Shown piece by piece: positions 10,510 to 20,613 of a stretch of DNA of 64,000 nucleotides (the first letter of the stretch is position 1; each line of letters starts with the position of its first letter). The stretch lies in contig CANQYI010000004.1 of the NCBI GenBank assembly GCA_947628005.1, forward strand, positions 80,042-144,041, given 5' to 3'. The DNA comes from an uncultured Clostridia bacterium (GTDB taxonomy: Bacteria; Bacillota; Clostridia; TANB77; CAG-465). The translations under genes and the position numbers were made by a program. The notes beneath the pieces were generated by a model. It had not been told where the DNA came from. It saw nothing but the letters and a program-made list of their open reading frames with translations, and made no database searches.

Positions 10510-11532
10510 ATGGAAAAAAGAAGCGTCCTCAGTACAATAAGATTTATATTTTTTAGTATTTTAATGTTGGGATTAATATTTAGTGCAGTTGCAATAACTG
10601 TTTTAAATAATTATAAACCAGCAGTTAAGACATATATAGCTGGAAAATTTATTGGATATTTTTCTAGTGAAGCTCAATTTGATGAGGCATATAATGATCT
10701 TGTTACTGAGAAGCAAAATATAGATTCGAATGTTAAGGTATATCTAGAAGAAGAACCAGTATTTGAATCTAGTTACATAAGAGACTCTTTATTTGAAAAT
10801 CAAAATGTTTATACAAATTTGAGAGCTGAAATAAAGACAGAATATACAGTATATGAAGTTAGTGTAAACGATAAAGTTGAAATGACTTTTAATTCTAAAG
10901 ATGAAGCTAGTAAATATTCAGAAAGCTTAAAGGAAAAAGTAAGCAAATTAAATGTTGCTATTAATGAAAAAAAAGTTGAAGAATTAGGAGAAATTACTAG
11001 TATAGAAAGAGCAGATGCAATACTTAATGATATAGTAGATAGAAACAAACCTGTTACTATTCCAAAGCCTGTTGTTACATACCAAAATCCAAACAATTAT
11101 GCAACAACATCTACTAATCAGACTGCATCAGATGCAATTGCTACTGCCGCAATGATGGAAGGCGGAGTTTGGCCAACTGTGTCTAGATATATTTCATCTC
11201 CTTATGGTTGGAGATGGGGATCTATGCATACTGGTACTGATATAGCTGGAAAGTATGGGGATCCTATCTATGCATATAAATCTGGACTAGTTACTTTTGC
11301 TGGATGGAATGGTTCATATGGTTATATGGTAAAAATAGACCATGGAAATGGACTATCAACTTGGTATGCACACTGTAGTTCTTTAAATGTTACAGCTGGT
11401 CAAGAGGTATCTCAAGGTCAAGTAATAGCTGCTATGGGATCTACAGGTTGGTCAACAGGAAATCACGTACATTTTGAAACTAGAGTAAATGGAGTTCATA
11501 CAAATTCTTATAATTTCATTGTTGGTAAATAA
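10510..11532 (+). CDS. M23-family (LytM) metallopeptidase with N-terminal TM anchor
   Basis: C-terminal HTGTDIAG...DHGNG...HVHFE catalytic motifs. The start at 10510 follows a GGAAGG RBS; the ORF-track GTG at 10495 overlaps that RBS. Confidence 0.8.
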   Translation: MEKRSVLSTIRFIFFSILMLGLIFSAVAITVLNNYKPAVKTYIAGKFIGYFSSEAQFDEAYNDLVTEKQNIDSNVKVYLEEEPVFESSYIRDSLFENQNVYTNLRAEIKTEYTVYEVSVNDKVEMTFNSKDEASKYSESLKEKVSKLNVAINEKKVEELGEITSIERADAILNDIVDRNKPVTIPKPVVTYQNPNNYATTSTNQTASDAIATAAMMEGGVWPTVSRYISSPYGWRWGSMHTGTDIAGKYGDPIYAYKSGLVTFAGWNGSYGYMVKIDHGNGLSTWYAHCSSLNVTAGQEVSQGQVIAAMGSTGWSTGNHVHFETRVNGVHTNSYNFIVGK

Positions 11533-11662
11533 TAATATTTGTTAATAATTACTTTTGTAATTGTTATATATCACCTATTACTCGGAGAATATATTTTTGT
11601 ATTTTACCTCAGTATATCTCTTAGTTTTAGGCAAGTTTTATAAAGTGAGGAGGTATTTTAAA

Positions 11663-11926
11663 ATGACTAAAGAAAAGAAACAAGAAATTCTAACAACTTA
11701 TGCAAGAGCAGACCATGACACAGGTTCTGCAGAAGTTCAAATTGCTCTTTTAACAGAAAGAATAAATGAACTTACTGAACATTTAAAAGTACACAAAAAA
11801 GATGAACATTCAAGACGTGGACTTTTAATAATGGTTGGAAAGAGAAAAAGATTACTAAAATATTTAGAATCAAAAGATATCGAAAGATATAGAGATATTA
11901 TTTCAAAATTAAATATTAGAAAATAG
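11663..11926 (+). CDS. rpsO: 30S ribosomal protein S15
   Basis: [55 protein letters not shown] is canonical S15; RBS gaggagg precedes the ATG at 11663. Confidence 0.95.
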   Translation: MTKEKKQEILTTYARADHDTGSAEVQIALLTERINELTEHLKVHKKDEHSRRGLLIMVGKRKRLLKYLESKDIERYRDIISKLNIRK

Positions 11927-11933
11927 TAATTAG

Positions 11934-11969
11934 AAAGTTTTAAGTGTTTTGCACTTAAAACTTTTTTTA
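11934..11969 (+). terminator. Rho-independent terminator after rpsO
   Basis: aagttttaagtg...cacttaaaactt followed by T7. Confidence 0.7.
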
Positions 11970-12082
11970 TGTAATATTCTGTAATATTTATCTATATATG
12001 TTGCAATTTAAATGAAAAAGTGATATAATATTAGAACGTGTAGGAACAAACCGAGTAATAATTATTAGGAGGAGAAAACATT

Positions 12083-12451
12083 ATGGAATGCTTGGCTCAT
12101 ACACTTTATTTTACAGGTCTAGGTAAACCTATCTATGACAAAGAAAAACATCTTTATTATCAGAAGTTTTTTATTGCAAAAAGCAAAAATCTTGACAACA
12201 TTGTAGACTTTGCTCAGAACTTTGTCTTGGGAACAACTGAAGAAGGGGCTAGTAGCTACTTGAATTCAGTTAAAGAAAGACTAGTAGATATACTTGGCAA
12301 ACCAAATGCTAAGAGCGGAAAAGAGTTTAAGGATGCAGAGTTCGTCGGAATATTTCTTGGCAATAAACTTATAGTAATGTCAGATGTTTGCAAAGAAAAT
12401 TTTGCATATTATGATGAGTTTACAAGTCTTGTTGAATCATTTGTTTACTAA
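12083..12451 (+). CDS. Hypothetical 122-aa protein
   Basis: ORF with an AGGAGGAG RBS, its own promoter and terminator; no family recognised. Confidence 0.5.
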   Translation: MECLAHTLYFTGLGKPIYDKEKHLYYQKFFIAKSKNLDNIVDFAQNFVLGTTEEGASSYLNSVKERLVDILGKPNAKSGKEFKDAEFVGIFLGNKLIVMSDVCKENFAYYDEFTSLVESFVY

Positions 12452-12460
12452 TTGTATATT

Positions 12461-12498
12461 CCTCTCACACTAATTTTTGTGAGAGGTTTTTTCTTTTT
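12461..12498 (+). terminator. Rho-independent terminator
   Basis: cctctcacac-loop-gtgagagg followed by a T-run. Confidence 0.7.
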
Positions 12499-12550
12499 AT
12501 GTATGTTGCATAAGAATTGACTTTATGATATAATAAAAAGCGGTGATTTT

Positions 12551-13828
12551 ATGAAGATAACTAAGCAAAAAGGAACAAAAGATATATTTTTCGATGAGGT
12601 AAAAATTTGGGAATATATTGAAGAAAATATAAGACAGATTTGTAAAGAAAATAATGTATCAGAAATTAGAACACCAGTATTTGAAGCTACAGAGCTTTAT
12701 GCACGTGGCGTTGGAAATGATACAGATATTGTAAATAAAGAAATGTATACATTTATAGATAAAGGTGGAAGAAGTATTACATTAAGACCTGAACTTACAG
12801 CAGGTGTAGTAAGATCATATATAGAAAATGGAATGAATTCACTTGCATCTCCACTAAAGTTTTGGTATGTTGCAAATATGTATAGATATGAAAAAATGCA
12901 AAAAGGAAGATATAGAGAGTTTGCTCAATTTGGTATTGAAATTTTTGACAGTGATTCATATTTAGCAGATGTTGAGACAATAAAAATATCTTATGAACTT
13001 ATGAAAAGATTAGGCCTATATGATAAAGTTATTTTAAGCCTAAATTCTATAGGATGTAAAGAATGTAGAGATAAATATATTAAAAAATTCAAAGAGTATT
13101 TGATGCCAAATCTTGATAATATGTGTGAGACTTGTAAAGTAAGATTTGAGAAAAATCCTCTTAGAATACTAGATTGTAAGGAAGAAAAATGTAATAAAAT
13201 TTTAGAGAATGCACCGCTAATAACTGATAATTTATGTCCAGATTGTAAACAAGATTTTGAGAATGTAAAGTCTGCACTAGATAAATTAAATATAGATTAT
13301 AAAGTAGATAAAAAAATTGTCAGAGGACTTGATTATTATAATAAGACTGTATATGAGTGGACATCTAAAGATTTAGATCTTGCAGTTGGCGGTGGCGGAA
13401 GATATGATGGACTTGTAGAAATTTTAGGCGGCCAAAGTTGCCCAGCAGTAGGCTTTGGAATAGGAATGGATAGACTTGTGTTATTGTTAACACAGTATAA
13501 TTTACCTAAAGATATTGATAATGATATTAAATTATTTATTGCAACAACTAACGAATCAGGCTATATTGAAGCAACAAAATTATCAGAAATATTAAAAGAT
13601 AATAAAATTGTTGTTGATATTAATATAACAAATAAAAGCTTGAAATCTCAAACAAAATATGCAGATAAAAATAATATGAATTTTATAGCATTTTTTGGAG
13701 AAGATGAATTAAATAACAATAAAATTAGAATAAAAAATATGAAAAATGCAAATCAAGTAGACTTTGATATTTCAGATTTAGATGGAATATTAAAATTTAT
13801 TAAAGAAGGGAATGAAAGTAATGCATAA
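12551..13828 (+). CDS. hisS: Histidine--tRNA ligase
   Basis: Class II aaRS motifs (RTPVFE, ELYARGVG, ITLRPELTAGVVR, GGGRYDGL) and a C-terminal anticodon-binding domain. Confidence 0.9.
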   Translation: MKITKQKGTKDIFFDEVKIWEYIEENIRQICKENNVSEIRTPVFEATELYARGVGNDTDIVNKEMYTFIDKGGRSITLRPELTAGVVRSYIENGMNSLASPLKFWYVANMYRYEKMQKGRYREFAQFGIEIFDSDSYLADVETIKISYELMKRLGLYDKVILSLNSIGCKECRDKYIKKFKEYLMPNLDNMCETCKVRFEKNPLRILDCKEEKCNKILENAPLITDNLCPDCKQDFENVKSALDKLNIDYKVDKKIVRGLDYYNKTVYEWTSKDLDLAVGGGGRYDGLVEILGGQSCPAVGFGIGMDRLVLLLTQYNLPKDIDNDIKLFIATTNESGYIEATKLSEILKDNKIVVDINITNKSLKSQTKYADKNNMNFIAFFGEDELNNNKIRIKNMKNANQVDFDISDLDGILKFIKEGNESNA

Positions 13829-15575
13829 ATATAGAACACATAATTGTAATGAGTTAGGAGAGGCAAATGTTGGAGAAGTTGTTAAACTTTCTGGGTTTGT
13901 TAGAACTATAAGAGATTTAGGGTCTGTGATGTTTGTAGATCTTGTTGACCATTTTGGAGTAACTCAAATTTTAGTTAATGAAGAAGAAAAGATAGAAAAG
14001 TTTAGAAAAATACCAGAGGAATCAACTGTATGTGTGACTGGTAAGGTATTAAAAAGAGATGAAGAAAATTATAATAACAATATTAAAACAGGAACAATTG
14101 AAGTGCTAGCAGACAATATTGAAGTATTGGGTAAAGTTCAAAAACCACTTCCATTTACTGTTGAAGATAGCTCAAAAGTTAGAGAAGACTTAAGATTAGA
14201 ATATAGATTTTTAGATTTAAGAAATGAAAGAATACATAAAAAAATTGTATTTAGATCTAAAGTTCTTAAAACTCTAAGAAATAAAATGGATGAGTTAGGA
14301 TTTGTAGAAATTCAGACTCCAATTCTTGCTAACTCTTCACCTGAAGGAGCTAGAGATTTCCTAGTTCCTAGTAGATTACATCCTGGGGAATTTTATGCAC
14401 TTCCACAAGCTCCTCAACAATTCAAACAGTTACTTATGATATCTGGGTTTGATAAATATTATCAAATAGCTCCATGTTTTAGAGATGAAGACCCAAGAGC
14501 TGATCGTTCACCAGGTGAATTTTATCAGTTAGATTTTGAAATGTCTTTTGTTGAACAAGAAGATGTTTTAAATGTACTAGAAAAAGTTGTAGGCTCAACA
14601 TTTGAGGAACTTGGAACAAAGAAGGTATCTGAATTTCAAAGAATTCCTTTCAAAGAGGCAATGGAAAAATACGGTACAGATAAACCTGATTTAAGAAATC
14701 CACTTGAAATATGTGATGTAACTTATGCATTTGAAAATAGCGATTTTAAAGTATTTAAAGATAAAACTATAAAAGCCATAAAAATAGACGCAAGTTCAGT
14801 TACAAGAAAATTCTTTGATGAAATGACAGACTTTGCTATGTCTGAACTTGATATGAAAGGTCTTGCATGGGTAAAATTTGCAGAAGATATGAGTGTTAGT
14901 GGTACAATATCACGTTTTGTTGCAGGAGATACTTTTGATAAATTAAATTCAATATTAAATTTAAAACCAAACGATGCAGTTTTCTTTATTGCAGATGAGT
15001 ATCAAAAGGCATGTAAAGATGCTGGAAATGTAAGAATAGAACTTGGAATAAGATTAGATCTTTTACAAAAAGATGTTTATCGCTTTTGCTTTATAGTAGA
15101 CTTCCCAATGTATGAATTAGACGAAGATGGAAAAATAGAATTCAGTCATAATCCATTTTCTATGCCAATGGGAGGACTTGAAGCATTAAATACTAAAAAT
15201 CCTCTAGAAATAAATGCATATCAGTATGATTTAGTATGTAATGGTTATGAACTTGCTTCAGGTGCAGTTAGAAATCATGATATAGATGTAATGGTTAAAG
15301 CTTTTGAAATAGCAGGCTATTCTAGACAAGAAGTAGAAACTAGATTTGGAGCATTGTTTAATGCATTTGAATATGGAGCTCCACCTCATGCTGGTGCAGC
15401 ACCTGGAATAGATAGAATGATTATGCTACTTACTGATGAAACAAATATAAGGGAAGTAATTGCGTTTCCTAAAAATAGTCGTGCACGTGATTTACTTATG
15501 AGAGCACCATCTTATGTATCAGACATACAACTAAGAGATGTACATATTAAACTTGATGTAAAAGATAAAAAATAA
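13812..15575 (+). CDS. aspS: Aspartate--tRNA ligase (start may be the ATG at 13821)
   Basis: N-terminal OB fold, FRDEDPRADRSPGEF motif 2, GAPPHAGAAPGIDR motif 3; overlaps hisS by a few codons (hisS-aspS operon). Confidence 0.9.
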   Translation: MKVMHKYRTHNCNELGEANVGEVVKLSGFVRTIRDLGSVMFVDLVDHFGVTQILVNEEEKIEKFRKIPEESTVCVTGKVLKRDEENYNNNIKTGTIEVLADNIEVLGKVQKPLPFTVEDSSKVREDLRLEYRFLDLRNERIHKKIVFRSKVLKTLRNKMDELGFVEIQTPILANSSPEGARDFLVPSRLHPGEFYALPQAPQQFKQLLMISGFDKYYQIAPCFRDEDPRADRSPGEFYQLDFEMSFVEQEDVLNVLEKVVGSTFEELGTKKVSEFQRIPFKEAMEKYGTDKPDLRNPLEICDVTYAFENSDFKVFKDKTIKAIKIDASSVTRKFFDEMTDFAMSELDMKGLAWVKFAEDMSVSGTISRFVAGDTFDKLNSILNLKPNDAVFFIADEYQKACKDAGNVRIELGIRLDLLQKDVYRFCFIVDFPMYELDEDGKIEFSHNPFSMPMGGLEALNTKNPLEINAYQYDLVCNGYELASGAVRNHDIDVMVKAFEIAGYSRQEVETRFGALFNAFEYGAPPHAGAAPGIDRMIMLLTDETNIREVIAFPKNSRARDLLMRAPSYVSDIQLRDVHIKLDVKDKK

Positions 15576-15595
15576 TTTGTTTAGGAGAGATTAAT

Positions 15596-16564
15596 TTGAA
15601 TATAGCAATGCTTGGTAGTGGTGCTTATGGTATAGCACTAAGTAAAGTTTTATATGAAAATAATAATAAAGTAACTATATGGACAAAATTTGAAGAAGAA
15701 AAAAATTTAGTTTCTTCTTTAAGAGAAAATCCAAAAGTACTTCCAGGTATTAAAATACCAGAAGATATTTTAATTACTACAAATATAAAAGAAGCAGTAA
15801 AAGACAGTGATGTAATATTTTTAGCAATTCCTATGGGAGCTTTAAGAAGTGTTGTAAAATTGCTTGAGGGTATTATAACAGAAAGCCAAATTTTGTGTAT
15901 AACTAGCAAAGGAGTTGAACTTGAAACAGAGCTATTTCCTAGCGAAGTAATAAAAGAAGTATTGGATTTTGAAAACGTAGCAATGTTGTCAGGGCCTTCT
16001 TTTGCAATTGAACTTGCAACAGGAGCAGAAACTGGTTTTGTAGTTGCTTCTGAATCAGAAAAAGTACGTAATACTGTAAAAAAATGTATTGAAAGTAGAA
16101 AATTAATTATAGAAACTTCACCTGACATTATAGGAGTTCAAATTTTAGCTACAACTAAGAATATTTATGCAATACTTTTAGGAATTCTAGAAGGTATGAA
16201 AGTTAGTGAATCTACTAGAGCTAGTGCTTTAAAGTGTATAATAAATGATTCAAGAAAATTATTAGAACTTTTAGGTGGAAATAGAAAAACAGCATATTCT
16301 TATGCAGGTCTTGGTGATTTACTTTTAACTTGTATGAGCGATAAAAGTAGAAATTTTTCATTTGGAAAATATATAGTTAATGCAAAAAATATAGATGATG
16401 CTTTAAGTAAATTAAATACAAATACAGTTGAGGGAATATATTCTTTAAAAGCTATATATAAATTGCTTAAAGCAAGTAATATAGATATAAAATCTATAAA
16501 TTATGTGTATGATGTGTTGTATAATAATAAAAATGTAGATTTAATATTAGAAAATTTAAGTTAA
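15596..16564 (+). CDS. gpsA: NAD(P)H-dependent glycerol-3-phosphate dehydrogenase
   Basis: N-terminal Rossmann motif MNIAMLGSGAYGIA; TTG start with an AGGAG RBS 8 nt upstream. Confidence 0.75.
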   Translation: MNIAMLGSGAYGIALSKVLYENNNKVTIWTKFEEEKNLVSSLRENPKVLPGIKIPEDILITTNIKEAVKDSDVIFLAIPMGALRSVVKLLEGIITESQILCITSKGVELETELFPSEVIKEVLDFENVAMLSGPSFAIELATGAETGFVVASESEKVRNTVKKCIESRKLIIETSPDIIGVQILATTKNIYAILLGILEGMKVSESTRASALKCIINDSRKLLELLGGNRKTAYSYAGLGDLLLTCMSDKSRNFSFGKYIVNAKNIDDALSKLNTNTVEGIYSLKAIYKLLKASNIDIKSINYVYDVLYNNKNVDLILENLS

Positions 16565-16573
16565 GGAAAAAAT

Positions 16574-17170
16574 ATGGAAAAAGAAGAAACATTAAAGAGA
16601 ATAAAAAAAGAAGCTCTAGAAAATAAAGTGCCTATTTTACAAGATGCTTCATTAGATTTAATACTTATGATTTTAAATATAAAAAATCCTAAGAAAATAC
16701 TTGAAATTGGAACTGCAGTGGGCTATTCTGCTATAAATTTTGCAAGTATAGATAGTGCGCCTTTTGTAAAAACTATAGAAATTAAAGAGAATATGTATAA
16801 TATTGCAAAAGAAAATATAAAGTCAATGGAATTGCAAAATCAAATTGAAGTAGTACTAGCAGATGCAACTGAGTATCTTAAAAATTTAGATGAAGAAAAT
16901 CTCTATGATGTAGTTTTTATAGATGCGGCAAAAGGGCAATATTTGGTATTTTTAGAAAATGCTATAAGACTTGTAAAAGATGGAGGATTAATAATTGCAG
17001 ATAATGTACTATTTAAGGGCAGAGTATTATCTGATTATAATGAACATAAGCATAGAACAGCAGTAAATAGACTTAGAACTTATTTGAAATTAATTGAGGA
17101 AGATAAAAGACTAAAATCAACTGTTGTAAATATAGGAGATGGAGTAGCAATTAGTATAGTAAAAAAATAA
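16574..17170 (+). CDS. Class I SAM-dependent O-methyltransferase (YrrM/TrmR-like)
   Basis: ILEIGTAVGYS SAM motif and VFIDAAKGQY. Confidence 0.75.
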   Translation: MEKEETLKRIKKEALENKVPILQDASLDLILMILNIKNPKKILEIGTAVGYSAINFASIDSAPFVKTIEIKENMYNIAKENIKSMELQNQIEVVLADATEYLKNLDEENLYDVVFIDAAKGQYLVFLENAIRLVKDGGLIIADNVLFKGRVLSDYNEHKHRTAVNRLRTYLKLIEEDKRLKSTVVNIGDGVAISIVKK

Positions 17171-17192
17171 CTTTTTAAGTTTAATACATAAA

Positions 17193-17230
17193 GCTAGAAA
17201 TCGTTTATAATAAGATTTCTAGTTTTTTTA
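17193..17230 (+). terminator. Rho-independent terminator
   Basis: gctagaaatc...gatttctagt followed by T7. Confidence 0.7.
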
Positions 17231-17346
17231 TTTATAAATTGTTATATATATAATTTTTATAATATTTGAAAAATTTTTATAGGTATATTATAATAGATCA
17301 TATAATATATAGATTTTAAATAGATATAATAAATATAGGTGATGTA

Positions 17347-18441
17347 ATGAAGAAAACAATTATCTTAATACCTGCATATAATCCTACAAAAGATTTAATA
17401 ACATTAGTTCATAAATTAAAGGAAAATGAAGAACTAGATATTATTGTTGTTGATGACGGCTCAAATGAAGAAGGAAAAGCAATTTTAAACCAAATAAAAA
17501 ATGATGTTATATTTCTATCACATAAAATAAATCTTGGAAAAGGTGCTGCTTTAAAGACAGGTTTTAGGTATGTTAATGAAAATTTAAAAGATGTAGTAGG
17601 TGTAATTACAGCAGATGCAGATGGACAGCATAGTTATAAAGATATATTAAAAATCTCAAAAAGTATGAAAGAAAATAGTAAAAATATTATTTTGGGTGTA
17701 AGAGAGTTTTCTAATTCTATCCCTAAAAAAAGCAAATATGGTAATAACATAACTAAATTTGTTTTTAAAATAATAACTGGAAGATATATTTCTGATACTC
17801 AAACAGGACTTAGAGGTATTCCTTCTACATATTTAGAAGATATGATAAATATATATGGTAATAGATACGAATACGAAATCAATATGCTACTTTATATAAT
17901 TGACAAAAAGATAGATATAGATGAAATAAAAATAAAAACTATATACATAAATCAAAATGAAGTATCAAGTTTTAATCCTTTTAAGGATTCTATAAAAATA
18001 TATAATCAATTACTAAAATATGTTTTTAAAAAGGAAAGTGTAAAGTATGTTTTATCTTCTATTTTAGCATTTATTATTGATTTTGTATTACTAATTTTAT
18101 TTAGTAAAATAACTAATAAATTAAATAATGAATTATCATTATTTCTTTCAGTTATATTTTCAAGAATTATAAGCTCATTTATTAATTTTAACATAAATAG
18201 AAGTATAGTATTTAAAAGTGAAAATAAATATTTAAAAGATTTTATTAATTATTATATTTTGGCAATATGCATTTTAATTTTAAATTATTTCATAATAGAA
18301 AAATTTTATGTAAGAATAAATTTAAATTTGTTCATTTCAAAATTTATAACTGAAATTATTATATTTATAGTAAGTTTTCTTGTTCAAAAACTTTTAATAT
18401 TTTGTAAAAGGGAGAGAAATGAAAGAGGCAAATATAAATAA
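17347..18441 (+). CDS. Family-2 glycosyltransferase fused to a C-terminal GtrA-like 4-TM domain
   Basis: IPAYNPTKDL...IIVVDDGSNEEG and DADGQH GT-A motifs, then a GtrA-like hydrophobic C-terminus. Confidence 0.75.
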   Translation: MKKTIILIPAYNPTKDLITLVHKLKENEELDIIVVDDGSNEEGKAILNQIKNDVIFLSHKINLGKGAALKTGFRYVNENLKDVVGVITADADGQHSYKDILKISKSMKENSKNIILGVREFSNSIPKKSKYGNNITKFVFKIITGRYISDTQTGLRGIPSTYLEDMINIYGNRYEYEINMLLYIIDKKIDIDEIKIKTIYINQNEVSSFNPFKDSIKIYNQLLKYVFKKESVKYVLSSILAFIIDFVLLILFSKITNKLNNELSLFLSVIFSRIISSFINFNINRSIVFKSENKYLKDFINYYILAICILILNYFIIEKFYVRINLNLFISKFITEIIIFIVSFLVQKLLIFCKRERNERGKYK

Positions 18442-19531
18442 TCTATTAAAATTTATGCAAGTTGGCATTTCAGGAATGTATATTACTCTATCAATATTTA
18501 ATTTTTTTAATCCTGGTATGAAATTAATAAATAATAATGTGGTAAACAATATTTTATTTACTGTAAGTTTAATATTTTTATTTTATTATTTATTTAAAGT
18601 TATATTTGATACAAAATGTGCATTAGACAAAAAAATCTTAAAAATAACTAGTAGTTTCTTAAGTATACTTATTATATTAATTGTATTTGCTTTTTCTTTT
18701 TTTGTTTTACCTAAATTTAATAAAATAAAAGTTGAAGAGGCAAATAATGCAGATTATGATTTTGATTTAAATAATAGTATATTTAATAAAACCTTAATAA
18801 GCACAGAAAATACTTACAAAAGTGACAATGTATCAGTTGAATTAAGTAAATATAAAATTGATAAAAATACAGTTTCTGTTGCTGATATTTATATAAGAAA
18901 TCTAAATAATATACAAACAGCATTTTCTAGTGACGTTTTTCAAAAGGAAGCTAAAACGAAAGAAATACTTGATATTGCAAAAAAGAATAATGCTATATGC
19001 GCAATAAACGGAGATTTTTGTACTTTAAATGATGCAGGACTCGTAATTAGAAATGGAATCGTATATAGAGATGGTGTAGAGGGAGATGTTTGTCTACTAT
19101 TAAATAATGGAGAATTAAAAACGTATTCAGAAGAAGAATTTAAAAATGCAAAAATAGATTATAGTGATGTATATCAATCATGGAACTTTGGTCCTATGTT
19201 ACTTGGAAGCGATGGAACAGTTTTAGAAAATTTTAATTGTGAGGAATATATTAAACGTAAACATCCAAGAACTGCCATAGGTTATGTAGCGCCAGGTCAT
19301 TATAAATTTTTTGTAGTTGATGGAAGAAATGATGATACATCAGGAGCCACTTTAGAAGAATTAGCTAAATATACACATGATTTTGGATGTGTTCAGGCAT
19401 ATAATCTAGATGGAGGCGCAAGTTCATTTATTACTCTAAATGATAAAATATTTAATGATCCCGTAGAATATAATTTTGATGGAGGCAACATAAGAAAAAT
19501 ATCTGATATAATTTTTATTACAGATAATTAA
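18419..19531 (+). CDS. Phosphodiester glycosidase (NAGPA/DUF2233) family protein, membrane anchored
   Basis: C-terminal YNLDGGASS motif; overlaps the GT2 gene by 23 nt, so it is translationally coupled. A paralog lies at 55551..56549. Confidence 0.6.
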   Translation: MKEANINNLLKFMQVGISGMYITLSIFNFFNPGMKLINNNVVNNILFTVSLIFLFYYLFKVIFDTKCALDKKILKITSSFLSILIILIVFAFSFFVLPKFNKIKVEEANNADYDFDLNNSIFNKTLISTENTYKSDNVSVELSKYKIDKNTVSVADIYIRNLNNIQTAFSSDVFQKEAKTKEILDIAKKNNAICAINGDFCTLNDAGLVIRNGIVYRDGVEGDVCLLLNNGELKTYSEEEFKNAKIDYSDVYQSWNFGPMLLGSDGTVLENFNCEEYIKRKHPRTAIGYVAPGHYKFFVVDGRNDDTSGATLEELAKYTHDFGCVQAYNLDGGASSFITLNDKIFNDPVEYNFDGGNIRKISDIIFITDN

Positions 19532-19667
19532 ATACATAAAATCTTAGTGGTATTTAGTATATTAAAAAGATAAATTTGTCGAATATTATTGTTTTTTCTT
19601 AGTTAATGTTGACAATTAGATAAATTTTGTACTATAATTTAACTATATTATATAAGGAGTGATTATA

Positions 19668-20111
19668 ATGTTTTGTAAAAATTGTGGAAAAGAAATTGAA
19701 GATGGAAAGGAATTATGTGATGCTTGCCAAGCAGCAGAAAATAATACTACAACTGCTGAACCAGAAATAGCTACACAAGTTTATTCATCTGCAGATACAA
19801 ATACTAACGCAAATGAAAATGCAACTACAACTACAACTGTTAACACAAATACAACTTCTACTTCAAATTCAACATCAAATACACAAAAGTCAAAAATAGC
19901 AGCTGGTCTATTTGGTATATTTTTAGGAAGCTTTGGTGTTCATAACTTCTATTTAGGATATACTGGAAAGGCTGTAGCTCAACTTTTAATTACTTTGCTT
20001 ACATGTGGATTTGGATCATTTATTTCAGCTGTATGGGGATTAATTGAAGGTATACTTATTCTTGCAGGAAGTATTGATAAGGATGCACAAGGAAATCCAT
20101 TAAAAGACTAA
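19668..20111 (+). CDS. Zinc-ribbon + T/N-rich linker + TM2-domain membrane protein
   Basis: CKNCG...CDAC ribbon, a low-complexity T/N/S linker, then GLFGIFLGSFGVHNFYLGYTGKAVAQ (TM2 domain). AGGAG RBS before the ATG at 19668. Confidence 0.7.
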   Translation: MFCKNCGKEIEDGKELCDACQAAENNTTTAEPEIATQVYSSADTNTNANENATTTTTVNTNTTSTSNSTSNTQKSKIAAGLFGIFLGSFGVHNFYLGYTGKAVAQLLITLLTCGFGSFISAVWGLIEGILILAGSIDKDAQGNPLKD

Positions 20112-20112
20112 T

Positions 20113-20487
20113 ATGAAAAGATTAATAAATATATTGATAATTGGTTTATTTGTTTTAGGCTTCTTATTAGTATTTATATTTCATGTACCTATGCTGTGCT
20201 TAATAAAGCAGGGCATAGGTATATATTGTCCTACATGTGGAGTTACTAGAAGTTTTTATAGTATTTTTAATTTAGATTTTATTAGTGCAATTAAATATAA
20301 TATTTTGGGAATACCACTATTTATATTTTTTGCTCTTTCCTTTGTTATTATCTTAAAAGATATTATTTTAAATGAAGATAAATTTTTGAGTAATATGAAT
20401 AAAATTTTACAAAATAAGTTCGTTATTACAATTTTATTTTTACTTATAATACTGTCAACAATAGTAAATAATATTACTAAATTATAG
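20113..20487 (+). CDS. DUF2752 family membrane protein
   Basis: CPTCGVTRSF motif; starts 1 nt after the TM2-protein stop. Confidence 0.7.
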   Translation: MKRLINILIIGLFVLGFLLVFIFHVPMLCLIKQGIGIYCPTCGVTRSFYSIFNLDFISAIKYNILGIPLFIFFALSFVIILKDIILNEDKFLSNMNKILQNKFVITILFLLIILSTIVNNITKL

Positions 20488-20613
20488 GGCCTTACGGGCT
20501 CTTTTTTTACTAGCAAGGGATTTTTTTTATTTTATATTGATATTTTTTAAATTTTAAGATATTATTATATAAACAATGATATAAATAAAACAAAAGAAAA
20601 GAGGTTTAATTTT

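Noticed and set aside
15625-16128. 167-aa minus-strand ORF antisense to gpsA
   Set aside because: Ser-rich low-complexity translation with no RBS, lying entirely inside a well-supported + strand gene. Antisense ORFs like this arise readily in AT-rich DNA.
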